Assembly (NCBI GenBank): GCA_963760875.1
Contig: CAVXEH010000002.1
Span: forward strand, 336,258-400,257
DNA: 64,000 bases
Source: an uncultured Chloroflexia bacterium
GTDB lineage: Bacteria; Chloroflexota; Limnocylindria; QHBO01
Reading direction: 5' to 3'
Below, piece by piece: positions 56,820-64,000 of the stretch (position 1 is the first letter of the stretch; every line of letters starts with the position of its first letter). The notes beneath the pieces are model-generated. The model made no database searches and had not been told where the DNA came from. It saw only the letters and a program-made list of their open reading frames with translations. A program made the translations under genes and the position numbers.

Positions 56820-56957
56820 CTAGGTCTGCCCGAGAGCGTTTGGGAACCAGCGCGAAGCGCGCCAGCCGCGGGCCAGGATCCACACGAGCTGGGCCGCATT
56901 CGCCGCTCCGACCTTGGAACGCGCATTCGCCAGGTGAGGCTTCACGGTGAAATTGTG
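56820..56957 (-). pseudogene. Remnant of a LuxR-type HTH (C-terminal ~45 codons only)
   Basis: The minus-strand translation HNFTVKPHLANARSKVGAANAAQLVWILARGWRASRWF...* matches the LuxR C-terminal helix-turn-helix (TVKTHLSNIFxKLGVxNRxQ) but has no upstream coding partner. Confidence 0.45.
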
Positions 56958-57044
56958 ACAGGCCAAGGCGGTGGGCGGCCGCCTTCTCCGACCCGGCGAC
57001 CGAAGGTCACCTGGCGTCTTCGCTCAGGTTGAGGACATCGTCAG

Positions 57045-57428
57045 CTACGCCTGGCGCTTCGCCACGCCGGCCCGAGCGATGGCCTCGACCGCTGCCGCGT
57101 CGAACACATCGCCCTCATACCAGTCGATGCCGCGCCGCCGGCTGCTGTCGGGGTACGCGTTGAAGAGGTGGTGCGGGTCTGGCAGCAGCGCGCCGTCGCT
57201 CATCGTGAGGCGGACCCGCTCCTTGAGGACGTTGACGTGGCACACGATGCCGTCGTGTTCGAAGCAGGGAGTTCCCGGGAGCGTCGCCGAGACCCACTTC
57301 CACGTCTCGACGATCTCGGGATCTGCGGCATGGATCGCCGCACGAAGCCGAGCCACCATCTCGCCCTTCCAGCCAGGGTTCGAGGCGATCAGCTCGTCCA
57401 GCCGCGGGTTTCGATTTGTCTCCATCAC
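57045..57428 (-). CDS. DUF1801 (YdhG-like) domain protein
   Basis: 127 aa; LDELIASNPGWKGEMVARLRAAIHAADPEIVETWKWVSATL...GIVCHVNVLKERVRLTMSDG typical of DUF1801. Confidence 0.6.
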   Translation of the reverse strand: MMETNRNPRLDELIASNPGWKGEMVARLRAAIHAADPEIVETWKWVSATLPGTPCFEHDGIVCHVNVLKERVRLTMSDGALLPDPHHLFNAYPDSSRRRGIDWYEGDVFDAAAVEAIARAGVAKRQA

Positions 57429-57825
57429 TCGCGACTATCTCACAGCAGCGGCGAGACAGCGCATGCCTCCACCGAGGCCTACAACCCATATGGAATGGAC
57501 ACGACCATGATTCGGCTCGCGGGCGTCTTCCTCGTCAACTTCGGGTTCAACTGGGGGCCTCGCGAGCCGATGCGGCGTGAGCAGCATGTGCGCGCTTGGA
57601 GTTGGCTGCGCACCACCGTCCTCAGCCATCCCTTCGGGGACAACGTTGTCGGCAGATATGGAATGCTTCGCCTGTGAGCTGATCAAAGACCCGACGAAGG
57701 TGCCCGGCGGCGGATCGCCACGATGGGGATGTGGGTGGTCGAGCAGTGCATCGGGCCCCCTGGGAGTGGGGACGGTCGTCGTCGAGCCATTCGTCACAGA
57801 CATTCGGTAAGGTCTAGGGATCGGT

Positions 57826-58692
57826 ATGGCAATGCAGGCGTCAGAGGTACCGCGCGCGGTGGCTGCGGCCACGTCGACCGCCTCAGCACTCGGCCTGAGG
57901 GTCGACGAGGCGATCGTTCTGCACATCTCGAACAGGCTCGCGTTGCGCCTGCTGCCATCCGACGTTCTTGCGCGTGTGGCTCTCGCAACGCACGAGGCCG
58001 CAAAGCTCGAAGTCGAAGTTGCGGCACGGCTGGCCGCAACGGACAGTCCCGTAGCGACTCTCGATCCTCGAGTGGCGCCGCGCGTCTATGAGCGCAACGG
58101 CTTCGCGATCACGCTCTGGACCTACTACGAGCCCCAGCCGGCTGGCGAGCTCTCACCAGCCGATTACGCTGACGCGCTCTCGCGGCTTCACGTCGGTATG
58201 CAGCACGTCGATGTCAGCGCGCCGCATTTCACGGATCGCGTCAAGGAAGCTCAGCGACTCGTTGGGAGTCGCGACCGGACTTCGGAGCTCGGCGACGCGG
58301 ACCGTGACCTTGTCGTGAACACGTCCAGTCGCGTGATGCGCGCGATCGCCGGGCGAGGCTCCGCGGACCAGCTACTGCACGGCGAGCCCCACCCCGGGAA
58401 CGTCCTTTACACCAAGAACGGCCCGCTGTTCATTGACCTGGAGACTGCTTGTCGCGGTCCGGTCGAATTCGACCTCGCCCATGTCCCGAAGGAGGTCAGC
58501 GAGTGCTATGCGGGCATCGATCAAGCACTGCTCTCCGAGTGCCGCGTCCTCGTTCTTGCGATGGTCGCAGCCTGGCGGCTGGATCCTGAGGACCAGTTCC
58601 CAAGCGGAAGACAGGCGGCCCTGGAGCTCATCGCTGCGTTGCGGGCTGGTCCACCGTACCCGGCGCTCGGCGCCATCTCCGGCCTCAACTGA
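57826..58692 (+). CDS. Aminoglycoside/choline-kinase-like phosphotransferase (APH family)
   Basis: Catalytic loop LLHGEPHPGNVLY (HGDxHxxN) and FIDLE (DxE/D). Confidence 0.7.
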   Translation: MAMQASEVPRAVAAATSTASALGLRVDEAIVLHISNRLALRLLPSDVLARVALATHEAAKLEVEVAARLAATDSPVATLDPRVAPRVYERNGFAITLWTYYEPQPAGELSPADYADALSRLHVGMQHVDVSAPHFTDRVKEAQRLVGSRDRTSELGDADRDLVVNTSSRVMRAIAGRGSADQLLHGEPHPGNVLYTKNGPLFIDLETACRGPVEFDLAHVPKEVSECYAGIDQALLSECRVLVLAMVAAWRLDPEDQFPSGRQAALELIAALRAGPPYPALGAISGLN

Positions 58693-58865
58693 GGCCGAGG
58701 TGAGCAGGGTCCGGATGCCAACCCGGCGCTCGCGATCGGATAGCGCCCAGAAGGGATGGCGGACTTGGAGCCGTGGGCGCACCACGCTCGACGATCTTGG
58801 AGCCGCCCGGCGCTCAGGCGCGCTGGGCTCGAGTCAGCCCGCCGCCCACCGGCGATCGGCGCCCA

Positions 58866-58904
58866 CAACGGCGCAATTGAGCTTCCTTGAACGGACGCTA
58901 TGTC
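58866..58904. repeat. Copy 1 of a ~40-70-bp direct-repeat family (CAACGGCGCAATTGAGCTTCCTTGAACGGACGCTATGTC) upstream of the cupin gene end
   Basis: Near-identical to 59691-59730. Contains an internal hairpin AACGGACgctatGTCCGTT. Confidence 0.7.
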
Positions 58905-58963
58905 CGTTGGTGGCGGTTAAGAGGCGTACCAGGCGGTAGGGGCTGCTGTGCGCCTTTGCCGCC

Positions 58964-59434
58964 TCACTCGACCGGCTCGAGACCGTGCTTGCGCATGTTG
59001 GCCGCCTCCTCGTCCGCAGTGGGCGGTTCCTCCCGTGCCCAGAGCGACGCGAGGTCTTCGAAGTAGCCGTCGAGGGCAGGAGCATGAATGATGAGCGTGC
59101 GGGCGGGCGCATCCGACTCGTTGACGAAGGTGTGACTGGCTCCCTCAGAGACGATGACACAGCCGTTGGCCTCGACGGTCGCTCGCTCGCCGTCGAGGAT
59201 GAAGGTCAGGGTCCCTTCCAGGATCAGGAACATCTCCAATGCGCCGGGGTGACGGTGTGGAGCAGGGGGACGTCCGTGCGGGGGCAGCGTGCGATCCATG
59301 AGCGAGAAACGACCGCCCGTCGTGGCTCCAACCGCCTTGAACAGCATCTGGCTGCCGCGGGCCGTGAGCTGCATTCCCCCGCCGGGCGGCACAATCGTGG
59401 TCAAGCGTGGGTCACCCACTTCATCGACGCGCAC
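58964..59434 (-). CDS. Cupin-domain protein
   Basis: Cupin motifs PHRHPGALEMFLILEGTL and GCVIVSEGASHTFVN. 156 aa. Confidence 0.6.
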   Translation of the reverse strand: MRVDEVGDPRLTTIVPPGGGMQLTARGSQMLFKAVGATTGGRFSLMDRTLPPHGRPPAPHRHPGALEMFLILEGTLTFILDGERATVEANGCVIVSEGASHTFVNESDAPARTLIIHAPALDGYFEDLASLWAREEPPTADEEAANMRKHGLEPVE

Positions 59435-59690
59435 CCCTATGCCTGGCGTGCTGGGTCTACATTATCAAGCGATGACTGCATCGAGTCCAACGGCGTATTT
59501 CGCGCGGCGCTGTGGGCCGCCTTCGGACAAGACTCGCCGCTGGAGCGGTACACGGTCGCCGACGTGTTGCGATAAACCAGCGACCCAGTGATCGCGGGTT
59601 CCCCGTCGGCACGCCCGACGTGGAGCGCCAGGTGGCATTGATCCCGCTCATCGGGTGATCAGCCGGCGCGCCGGACCCACCGTTCACCCC

Positions 59691-59761
59691 CAACGGCGCA
59701 ATTGAACCTTCTTGAACGGACGCTAATGTCGGTGATGACGCGTCGACTCCGTTGGCGCCGA
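59691..59761. repeat. Copy 2 of the repeat family (X part CAACGGCGCAATTGAACCTTCTTGAACGGACGCTA + Y part ATGTCGGTGATGACGCGTCGACTCCGTTGGCGCCGAC)
   Basis: X matches 58866-58904. Y matches 60485-60524 (GTCGGTGATG..CGACTCC..TTG..GCCGAC). Confidence 0.7.
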
Positions 59762-59973
59762 CCCGTCGCGCATGGAGATTGAGCGGCGTCGGCCTGGCCG
59801 AGCGAGGCGGCCGGAAGGTGCTGTCATCGCGCGAGCGCCAGGTCGTCAACGGAATCGCTGTTCTAACCTTTGTAGCGGCGTCCCACAGGATTAGACTCGC
59901 GGGAACGGCGGAGCAGGGGCGTCCGAGCCTGAAGGACAGCCGCGTGATCATCGGGAGAACGGCGGGCAGCACC

Positions 59974-60390
59974 ATGGCCACGGCCAGCGTGCGTTACATC
60001 GTCAACGACGTCGATGTGGCGATCGAGTTCTACACGCGGCTGCTGGGCTTCGCCGAGGTGATGCACCCGGCACCGACGTTCGCCATGCTGTCGCGCGGCG
60101 GCCTGCGGCTGGTGCTCAGCGCGCCGGGCGGTGGACCGGGCGGCGGCCAGGCGATGCCCGACGGAACGCTGCCCCAGCCCGGCGGCTGGAATCGATTCCA
60201 GTTGCAGATCGTCAATCTCGAGTCTACGGTGGCCGAGCTCCGCGCCAGCGGCGCTCGCTTCCGCAACGAAGTCGTCATCGGCATGGGCGGCAAGCAGATC
60301 CTCGTTGAGGATCCGTCCGGCAACCTGGTGGAGCTCTTTGAGCCGACACTGCCGGAAGCCGCACTCGAGGAGCGTGGGCGCGCCACCTGA
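59974..60390 (+). CDS. VOC-family protein (glyoxalase/bleomycin-resistance/dioxygenase fold)
   Basis: VRYIVNDVDVAIEFYTRLLGF...FAMLSRGGLRLVLS...ILVEDPSGNLVELFE typical VOC beta-alpha-beta-beta-beta modules. 138 aa. Confidence 0.65.
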   Translation: MATASVRYIVNDVDVAIEFYTRLLGFAEVMHPAPTFAMLSRGGLRLVLSAPGGGPGGGQAMPDGTLPQPGGWNRFQLQIVNLESTVAELRASGARFRNEVVIGMGGKQILVEDPSGNLVELFEPTLPEAALEERGRAT

Positions 60391-60484
60391 GCCTGCCGGT
60401 GCTCGCACTGGATGCGGAGCGAAGCCGACGTCCCGCGACCCGTGACACCGGCAAACACGCGGACAACGACGTACGAGACGCTAA

Positions 60485-60524
60485 GGTCGGTGATGTAGGT
60501 TCGACTCCCCTTGAACCGCCGACT
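60485..60524. repeat. Copy 3 (Y-part) of the repeat family, just downstream of the serine recombinase gene
   Basis: GGTCGGTGATGTAGGTTCGACTCCCCTTGAACCGCCGAC. Contains a T-loop-like GGTTCGACTCC. Confidence 0.55.
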
Positions 60525-60584
60525 TCAACCTCCTGAGGTCAAGCAATCCGCTCAGGTTAAAGGTCGAGGCTGTCGTTGAGCCGC

Positions 60585-62345
60585 TCAGGCGCGGGCGACG
60601 GCGTCGCGGCTGCGCGCTCGCTTCAAGGCTCGCCGACACTCCACGCAGTGCCGCTGGACCGGTGAGGTCTGTGCGACCACCTGGTGGCATGTCGCGCACT
60701 CGACGAGAGCGGCCTTCAGCCACTCCCGAGTCCGCTCGGGGCGGGGGAGCGAGATGCGGTTCTCAGCCGTTCCGTCCGAATTCAGTACACGCCCGGCTCC
60801 GGCCCGCCGGAGCCACTCACTTACTGCGTCCGACCGGTTAACACCGTGATCGGTCGTCATGTTCCAGACGGCTACGGCCTTCAGCTCGCGGCTGTCGACG
60901 TCGACGCGTTCGAAGAGATCCCTGACGGTCGCGACCCTCGTCTCGAGCGGGGCGCGCTCGAGAATGCCCTCGAACTGCGCGATGGTGTCGTCGACCACCT
61001 TCTTCGTGATCCTGATCGGTCGCTCTCTCAGCTGGAGGTCGTTGAGGCGGGCCGTCGCCGCTTCCAGCTCGGCGCCGAGGGCCTCAATCTCGAGGGTGAT
61101 GCGCTCGGCCGCGCGTGGCCCGGCAGTACGAAGGGCGCGACGCAGGTTCGCATCCTGCTGCTCCAGCTTGCGCACTTGGGCGCGCGCTCGGTCGAGGTCT
61201 GGACCGCGATGCTCGGCCCGCAGTCGGATGTCCTCGTTGAGCAGAGTAACCATCTCGCGGATCGCATCCGGAGTGAAGAGCGTGGCCCGGATGCGGTCCA
61301 TGACCCCGGCCTCGAGGTGATCGGCTCGGACCTGGGGACGGCCACACCGAGCCAGGCAGCGGTAGTACCGCCGCTCCCGCGAATTCGTGCCCGCCATCCG
61401 GCTGCCGCAGGCGCAGCGCAGCAGCTCAGTCAGAACGTATCCGCCGGCGTAGCGTCGAACCGGTAGCCGATTCGCGCGGCGGCGGGTAAGCATCTCTTGG
61501 ACTCGGTTCCAGAGGTGCTCCGGAACAATCGCCTCGACCTCGCTGGTGACGACGTCCTGCTGCGGGTTGGGTCGCCGCTTTCGGCCATGCTCGCCCTCGA
61601 CGCGCGTCTCTCTGTTGAAGACCTTGACCCCGCGGTAGATCGGGTTGGCGAAGATCGTCGCCAGGCTCGACTTGTTCGCGCATATGCCGGTGGCGGCCAC
61701 GATCTCGTCGTACATCGCGCCCTGGGACGCCATCTGGAAGGCCTGGACGACCCGCGGCGCGACCTCCGGATCGGGCACCCAGCGCACCCGGGTGAGTGGC
61801 GTGCCGTCGTAGCGGCTGCCCACGACCACCGGCTCGCGCTTGTAGCCGACAGGTGGGCGACCGCCGGCCGAGTAGCCGTGGCGTGCCAGCTCCTTCTGCG
61901 AGCGCAGCACATCGGCGGCGGTGGCCGCAGCGTAGAACTGGTCGACCGCCATCAGGATGTGGGTGATGAGCATGCCGAGCGGCCCCTCGGGGATCGGCTC
62001 CTTGTAGCTGATGAGCTCGATGCCCCGCTTCCGCAGGAGGGCCCGGTAGATGAGGCCCTCCTCGATATCGCGGCCGAAGCGGCTCAGCTTCCAGAGCAGC
62101 ACCCATTTGAAGCCCGGCTGGGGCTCGCGTGCGCGGCCGACGATCTCCTGGAGTCCGGGCCGGCCCTCAAAGTCGGACCCGCTGATGCCCACATCCTTGA
62201 CGACCTCGCAGGTGGCTCCGGCGGCAGCGACCGCCGCCGTCAGCTCGGCGATCTGGGAGTCGACGGGCAGCTCGTCGTCCGCCTGGTGGGCGGTCGAAAC
62301 GCGGACATAGACGATGCCGTGGGTGCCGGCCGGGATCTTGATCAT
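60585..62345 (-). mobile_element. Large serine recombinase (resolvase domain, recombinase domain, zinc ribbon, coiled coil) with an additional C-terminal CxxC...CxxC module
   Basis: Catalytic GIVYVRVSTAHQ (Ser nucleophile); recombinase-domain blocks; zinc-ribbon LLRCACGSRMAGTNSRERRYYRCLARCGRP; coiled-coil Ala/Leu/Arg-rich region. Extra ~100-aa C-terminal module EWLRRAGAGRVLNSDGTAENRISLPRPERTREWLKAALVECATCHQVVAQTSPVQRHCVECRRALKR. Start likely MIKIPAGT (track ORF extends to 62453). Confidence 0.85.
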
Positions 62346-62415
62346 GGTCCCTCCATCGTAGGTCCAGCCCGCAAGCAGGCGCTCTCGGCCCTGCCGTAGC
62401 GAGTCCGTGTTCTGG

Positions 62416-63066
62416 TCATGCCGCCTGGCCGGCAGCACCCCGGGCGATCTCATCGAGGCGCACCGCTAGACGCCCAACGGTGTCCCCGAGAGTTTCCCGG
62501 TCCCAGAGCAGTCGGCGGTCGTCGTTGCGCAGCATCCACACGTCCACGCTCGTCACCGGCCCGCCGCTGGACCGACCCTCGAAGTGGAGGGCTGACGCCG
62601 TGGCGTAGAGGCAGAGATGCTCGGATCGCGTGATCTCGTGGTCGGTGATCAGGTGACGGAGGTGCCAGCCGTCATCGGACTTGTAAGCGAGGTCGACACC
62701 CATCGCGACCCTCATGCCAAGCACGGCGACAGCGACCTGGTGCATCCCGACCAGGGTCGGCGCCGGCTCGGCTTCATCAAGCGCGGCAAACCGCTCGAGC
62801 ATTCGCCGTCCGTTGGCGATCTCGCTGGCCGCGGTCTCGCGGCGCTTTGCCCGCGACGCGCGGGTGTCGTAGTCCTCCAGGAGGACCCGCGGCTCGCGAC
62901 CACGAGCGATGTAGCGCCGGATCGCAGCGTCGATCCATGGGCGCTGAGGGCTGCGCGGGGTGTCGGGGTCGATAGGGGCGAGCCTTTCTAGCCGGAGCTG
63001 CCGTGCCAGGGCGCCCGGACTCCGGATCCCGGTGCGCAGCTGGCGCGCCGTCAGGACGTTATGCAT
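62416..63066 (-). CDS. Hypothetical protein (216 aa) upstream of the serine recombinase
   Basis: ORF with protein-like composition; no motif recognised. Confidence 0.35.
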   Translation of the reverse strand: MHNVLTARQLRTGIRSPGALARQLRLERLAPIDPDTPRSPQRPWIDAAIRRYIARGREPRVLLEDYDTRASRAKRRETAASEIANGRRMLERFAALDEAEPAPTLVGMHQVAVAVLGMRVAMGVDLAYKSDDGWHLRHLITDHEITRSEHLCLYATASALHFEGRSSGGPVTSVDVWMLRNDDRRLLWDRETLGDTVGRLAVRLDEIARGAAGQAA

Positions 63067-63260
63067 CAGCTGCCCTCGTGGATCGTCGTGTCAGGATGGC
63101 GGCGGGCCGTCGATGCCGTCACGAAGCGCCCGGTGATCGCGGAGCGATAGCCCTTGGCCTTGCTGCCGGTCGTCGAGCTGACCGTGGTGTTTGGGTGGCG
63201 CCGAGTTGTGGAGCCCTTGACGAATCGACCGGTCGCGGCCGAGCGATGGACCTTGCTCAC
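63066..63260 (-). CDS. Small basic protein with an internal tandem repeat (TGRFVxxSTxRRHPxTT x2)
   Basis: AATGRFVKGSTTRRHPNTTV / AITGRFVTASTARRHPDTTI. 64 aa; starts 1 bp after the downstream ORF's end coordinate. Confidence 0.35.
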   Translation of the reverse strand: MSKVHRSAATGRFVKGSTTRRHPNTTVSSTTGSKAKGYRSAITGRFVTASTARRHPDTTIHEGS

Positions 63261-63414
63261 GTCTTCTCCTTGGTCAGCACTTCATGGGTGGCCTGGGTAT
63301 ACGACTTTGCATATACCCAGCGCTTCCATGCTAACATGGTCCCGCGCGCCTGTGCAGGCGTGCCTGTCGCCTCCCTCGGCGGCAGCAACCCGACGCGATC
63401 AGGAGACCGATAAC

Positions 63415-63723
63415 GTGACCGAGACCGAGGCGCCGGCCGACGCTGGCAACGAGCCGGCCCGCAGGGCCGGACAGACCATCAACGTGACCGTCGCGTTCGC
63501 GCTGGGGCACGGCCCGTTCCACGGCGACTTCTCGAGCGACGCCCCCGTCGGCCAGGTGAAGACGGCCGCAATCGAGCACTTCGGGGTCGTGAATGACCCG
63601 GCTGTCCGCATCTACCTGACCCACGACGGTGACGAGGTCGCCGACACTGTGACCGTCGGCGAGGTCGCCGGCCACGCCAAGGCGGTCCGCTTCATCCTCG
63701 CCCGTGAGGTCATCAACGGGTGA
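63415..63723 (+). CDS. Hypothetical small protein (~103 aa)
   Basis: AGGAGA SD 8 nt upstream of GTG 63415. Acidic N-terminus then mixed beta-rich sequence ending ...FILAREVING*. No motif recognised. Confidence 0.3.
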   Translation: MTETEAPADAGNEPARRAGQTINVTVAFALGHGPFHGDFSSDAPVGQVKTAAIEHFGVVNDPAVRIYLTHDGDEVADTVTVGEVAGHAKAVRFILAREVING

Positions 63724-64000
63724 TCGACCTCGAGAGCGAGCTTCGGCTGGTCGAGGACGCCGTCGACGTGGCGGCGTTCGTCGCCGACAACGGCGGGACC
63801 GTCACGCCCGGCTGGACTCGCGCCGCTGCGGATCCCGATCCCGCGGATGAGCTGGGCGTGTACTGGCTCACCCTCCGGCCGAGGTCGGCACAGACGGAGC
63901 AGTACTACGCCCGGCTCGCGTGGTCACGCTACCCGGGCAGTCCGCCCTCGGTGAAGTACGCGACCGGCGTCCGGGGCCGCCTCGACGTGACCAGCGCGTG
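63720..64000 (+). CDS. Hypothetical protein, 5' part (continues beyond window)
   Basis: GTG start overlapping the previous stop (GTGA). VIDLESELRLVEDAVDVAAFVADNGGTVTPGWTRAAADPDPADELGVYWLTLRP... Confidence 0.25.
   Translation, partial: MIDLESELRLVEDAVDVAAFVADNGGTVTPGWTRAAADPDPADELGVYWLTLRPRSAQTEQYYARLAWSRYPGSPPSVKYATGVRGRLDVTSA

Noticed and set aside
60485-60524. T-loop-like GGTTCGACTCC inside repeat copy 3 as evidence of another tRNA
   Set aside because: Flanking bases do not form a T-stem or acceptor stem. It is probably a chance similarity within the repeat family.
1-64000. CRISPR arrays
   Set aside because: No series of regularly spaced identical 25-40-bp repeats was seen. The only tandem repeats are the 9-mer and 12-mer at 41.07-41.26 kb, which are too short and few.

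Overview
This is a high-GC (~70%) window with strongly GC3-biased, actinobacteria-like coding. The large ORFs in the track that run antisense to the genes below are mostly frame shadows.

Layout, left to right:
- 1-4.8 kb: a VKOR-DsbA fusion oxidoreductase, a family-5 ABC substrate-binding protein, and an ArsR-type regulator followed by a small GNAT.
- 5.1-14.2 kb: a tightly coupled eight-gene arginine biosynthesis operon in the order argH-argC-argJ-argB-argR-argG-(short NAGS GNAT fused to argD)-argF.
- 14.2-14.6 kb: a structured repeat-bearing intergenic region.
- 14.6-17.5 kb: an orphan REC-like gene plus a 2-oxoacid:ferredoxin oxidoreductase (alpha, fused beta-gamma).
- 17.5-19.7 kb: a convergent OafA-type acyltransferase-SGNH gene.
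- 19.9-21.1 kb: a gene-poor stretch holding a tRNA-Gly(UCC)-like 5' half without a T-arm.
- 21-40.6 kb: a minus-strand peptide/acyl-amino-acid utilisation island (details in the findings).
- 40.6-47.2 kb: low-density, repeat-bearing DNA with hypothetical membrane proteins and a two-gene candidate module (a hypothetical plus a PD-(D/E)xK-like nuclease). It ends in GAGTC-rich repeats and a tRNA-Asn 3' fragment (anticodon arm to CCA).
- 47.2-64 kb: a mosaic mobile/defence region (AbiEi/AbiEii, ECF41 sigma with DUF1801, HK/RR plus MacB-type ABC/FtsX, SRPBCC plus ArsR, a LuxR HTH remnant, DUF1801, APH-family kinase, cupin, VOC). It ends with a large serine recombinase.

The most unusual signal: the recombinase's C-terminal ~250-bp coding module recurs at ~50.55 and ~55.65 kb as standalone small zinc-ribbon ORFs, and possibly in degenerate form at ~45.6 kb. 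That gives a ~5.05-kb periodic array of cargo units. The cupin and VOC genes are additionally bracketed by a ~40-70-bp direct-repeat family.
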